From contig CM052816.1 of assembly GCA_028534125.1 (NCBI GenBank), positions 5,210,001 to 5,274,000 on the forward strand: DNA of 64,000 bases, in the 5' to 3' direction. The stretch is from Lama glama. Taxonomy: Eukaryota. Shown in pieces: positions 60,567 through 64,000 of the stretch. Below the pieces are notes generated by a model. The model was not told the origin of the DNA. It searched no databases and saw nothing but the letters and a program-made list of their open reading frames with translations. Every line of letters starts with the position of its first letter. The first letter of the stretch is position 1. Both the position numbers and the translations under genes were made by a program.

Positions 60567-62440
60567 AATCAGAAGAACGGACTGTGTATCAGGATAAGGG
60601 CCAGGAGATGCTGAGGATGAGAGAATGTGTGTGGGCCTGTTCTTGACGGAGAAGCCTCCTGGGGAAGATGACAGTTAAGCCAAGACCCAGGGGGGTAAAA
60701 ATAGCGAGGACTTTTTCTAGAAACTGGACAAACCTGGAATTCAGGCCTCTGCTTCCCGGGCTGACTGATATTCCAGTGGTGGGGAAGCTGGGCTCTCAGC
60801 TCCAGCACGGGCAGACCCGCCAACCCCTTCTCTCCATCCTCAGGCAGGAGCTGGCGGGAGATCAGATGCAGCTTCAGTTCTAAGTAGCTCATGAACAAAG
60901 GCTGTAAAAGTTGCTAAGAAACCTGCTTTTTCTGAGGGCTCACCGTGTGTTCTTTTGTTTCTCTGGCATTGTGTGTGTGAGGGTGGGTGTGAGGTGTGCC
61001 CAGGGCTGTCACCCCGCCAGCCCTGAATCAAGTCAGACTTGAAGGTAAGAGCGGCAGGCTGCCTTGCCTTGAGCACCATCAGGGACCCCAGGTACTGCCA
61101 AGCCTGGCAGCCGGGGCATTGAGGGTGAACAAAAGAGGAGCCAGCTGCCTGAGGCCAGAGGTTGGCAGAGCTGGGAGCAGCTGCAGGAAGGAAGCTTTGG
61201 CTGCTGAGTCCTGTACCCGCTTCGCCAAAAGCCCAGAAGCACGAGGGTGGGAGACGCCAATAACAGAACCAGGAGGGGGTCCTGCTCCCATCCCCTTGCT
61301 GAGCTTGGAAAATAAATCCTTAACAAGATCAGGACCTTTGCAAAATACGAGCTGAAAGATTAGTAGAACCATAAGATTCCAGGCTGACCATCTAATTTGC
61401 TCCCCGTTTTCCCACTGTTGTAAGGAGAACTGGAGGCCTAGGCAACGGAAGGGACTTCCTCAAGGGCACATAGCATGTAACAAACACAGAGGAACTCACT
61501 ATCGGGTCTGTGCACTGTGAGTGGAGGAAAAAAAGGCCTGAAGTGCAATCTGAAACTCTATTATTCATCCATTTGTCCATTCACCACACTTACTGAGCCC
61601 AGGAGCCCCGAAGCCCCAACCCCAAACACATAGTGAGAAAAGAAGAATGCAGACCTTTGAGCGAGTTGCAGGATTCTCTGCTTCCCAGTGGGCATGCCAA
61701 CACAACAGCCCTCCCGCCGTGTGTCCGCTAAGCGCTCTGTTCACCTGGGCTTCATCTCTCACTCGCAGGCTTGGGAGAACCAGAGAGGGATGAGAGATGT
61801 GATCTCTCCTGTCTTCCCGCTTGCTGCAGGGAGAAAGGCTCTTTTCTCCTAGCGGTCAGTGACTTTGAAGAGGCACCTGAGGGCCAGCTGCCCTGGATTT
61901 GTTTCTCCCTCTGCAGGCCCCAGGTGCCTAGCATGTACTCAGCACCCCAAGCAAGTCATTCCTGGCTCTAGGTATCTGTCAGGCTCACAACCAGTGCTCT
62001 CACCCTGCCCAGTTTAAAACCCTTGAATGGTTCTTGCTGCTTTTAAAATAACGTCCAGAGACTCCCTAACAAGGCCCACGAGGCCCTGCAGGGTCTGGCT
62101 TCTGTCTGCCCCTCCTTCTCACCTCCTCTTTCTCTCCCACTCTGCTCCAACCTCACTGACGGCACACCTGCCACGGGTTTTTGCTCATGCTGCCCCTACA
62201 CCTGGAATGTTTTCCCCTCCTTTCTTTTCCTTTTTCCCCAATAAAATCTTTTTAAAGAAACCATTACATTTTTAAAAGAAAATTATCTTATTCATGAGCG
62301 GTGAAAGTTTTCAAACAAAAAAAACAATGCAAGCTACAAAAGTAAATATCAACCCTCTTGTTCCAGGGCTCAAACCTGCTGCAGCAGCCAGTGATCAGAT
62401 CCCCCTTTCTGTTAATCAGCCTTCTCCAAGCCATGGTCCA

Positions 62441-62459
62441 CAGCGCCCTCTGGTGGGCT
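62441..62459 (-). promoter_or_regulatory. CTCF binding motif
   Basis: Reverse complement contains GCCCACCAGAGGGCGCTG, matching the CTCF consensus. Confidence 0.8.
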
Positions 62460-62869
62460 CTGAGTGACACCACCAGCCGGTAGCTTCTGCTCAGTCACCT
62501 GTAGCCCCACAAGACTCAACCACAGGACCAGAGGTGGAGCTAGAAGCATCATCGAAACACTTCTCATTTCACCGTGTAAAACTGGGACCTAGACAGGGGG
62601 CAGGACTTGCACATGATCTCACTGAGTCTGTTGCAAAGCCGGGCCAGCCAGTGTTCTTTCCACCGCACCCTATTATGTAATCTAATACTCAAAAGCATCA
62701 CAATGTTTTGGTAAGCAGAGACTTGCGGCTGATGGGTGAGCATAAGAAATGAGCTAAGCTTGTTTTAAATTGTCACTGCCCTCCTGAAATCCTCTACTCC
62801 TGGATGTAGTCTTTAAGACCCTTTGTGGGCTACCCCACCTGAGTCTGCGAGCTCACCTTCAACATAGGA

Positions 62870-63190
62870 ACTCCTTCCTGCCTCAGGGCCTTTGCACCAT
62901 CTGTTTCCTTCACCTGGAACTCTCTTCTTCCAAACTGCTTCCTGGCTCATACTCCCTCCTCATGTCATTCAGCTGTCATAAAGAGGCATTCCCAGACCGT
63001 CCTACCTGATGTTGGTTCCTACCCCAGTCTCTAAAATATCTTGTTTTTATATCCTCCATAGCCCTATTCACATCTGAAATCACTGTGGTTAGTTGTTTTA
63101 GGTCTGGCTTCCTCTCTAGAATGATGGCTGTTGGGAATTTGTTCAGGACCCAGCAGAGGGCCCAGGCACTGAGTAAGTGCTCGAGGAATA
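62870..63190. mobile_element. LINE-2 3' fragment
   Basis: cctgcctcagggcctttgcac..ctgtttccttcacctggaac...aggcactgagtaagtgctc. Confidence 0.7.
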
Positions 63191-64000
63191 CGTTGGGGAA
63201 TGATGGCATGGAGGATGGCGCAGGACAAGGAATTAGCCAGAGACCACGTTAGAGAAAAGTATGGAGGTTTACTCAGCAACAGTCACAATCACAGTTGTAC
63301 ATGGTAACTCAGGTCTTCACAAAGGCTCACTTTTCCAGGCAGGAGATGAGAGGTTGGCGGCCTCGGGCTTTCTTTATGGAATATGTCTGAATTCTCAAAT
63401 ATTCCCAGCCTGGAATCCCACTGGAATCCGGCTTCAAGCCTACCGCAGAGCAGAAGCCTGACCCTGTTGTCTGGCCCGGCTGAATCAAAGCCATTTGTGG
63501 AGTGGATGTTAAGAGGACCTTATCACTTAGAACGTAGGTCCAACTCCCACCCCAGAGGTGGCAGTGGGCCTTGGCTCAGGATGAAGTTTGAACTAAAATG
63601 TTCCTTGAATTTTTCACATGAAAAAGCATCAGCTGAAAGCAGAAAGGAACTCCAGAACAACACTCACTCCTTGCCCCTCTCCCACACTCAAATCTTCAGA
63701 AAATTTAATTAAAAATGCATTGCCTCCTAAGAATTATAAAAGATCACCCAATCTGTACAAACTAGGGATTGCTGAAGCAAGGAACCCAGAATTCTCAGTT
63801 CCTACTGTCAAGTCTTTGCCACTCAGAATTTCTAACTCCAGAGACTGGAAAAATGGAGATGCACAGGAAGAAATTTGAGCCACTTAAGAAAAAGAAATTC
63901 AACAGGGAGGAGGGTTTGAAAAGTGAATATGACGTGGACGTTGGGAACCCATATGCTACATCTTCAGCAAGAACCGCCCTTTCTCCCTAGGTCCTAATGT

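Overview
This is mammalian genomic DNA, probably camelid. That call rests on a tRNA-derived SINE head resembling the camelid type, cetartiodactyl-type L1 3' ends, and no ruminant Bov-tA/BovB or pig PRE1 elements seen by eye. The window holds two complete protein-coding genes facing tail to tail. HAND1 (+ strand, 2 exons, CDS 23642-24193 + 25762-25866, 218 aa) is a bHLH factor. SAP30L (- strand, 4 coding exons, 52015-43905, 182 aa) is a Sin3/HDAC subunit. HAND1 sits in a ~12 kb CpG-rich domain with several candidate enhancer motif clusters (GATA/T-box, HOX-PBX-MEIS, CDX), and a strong CTCF motif lies between the two genes. The rest is L1, L2, MIR, ERVL-LTR and DNA-transposon relics, microsatellites and one 500-N assembly gap. 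I found no new protein-coding system. The most unusual signals are a degenerate ~15-bp-period array upstream of HAND1, a recursive-splice-like AG|GTAAGG junction at SAP30L exon 2, a HAND1 uORF and NAGNAG acceptor, and a tailless tRNA-SINE insertion with target-site duplications. Repeat family names come from recognition of consensus features without a database, and their boundaries are approximate.
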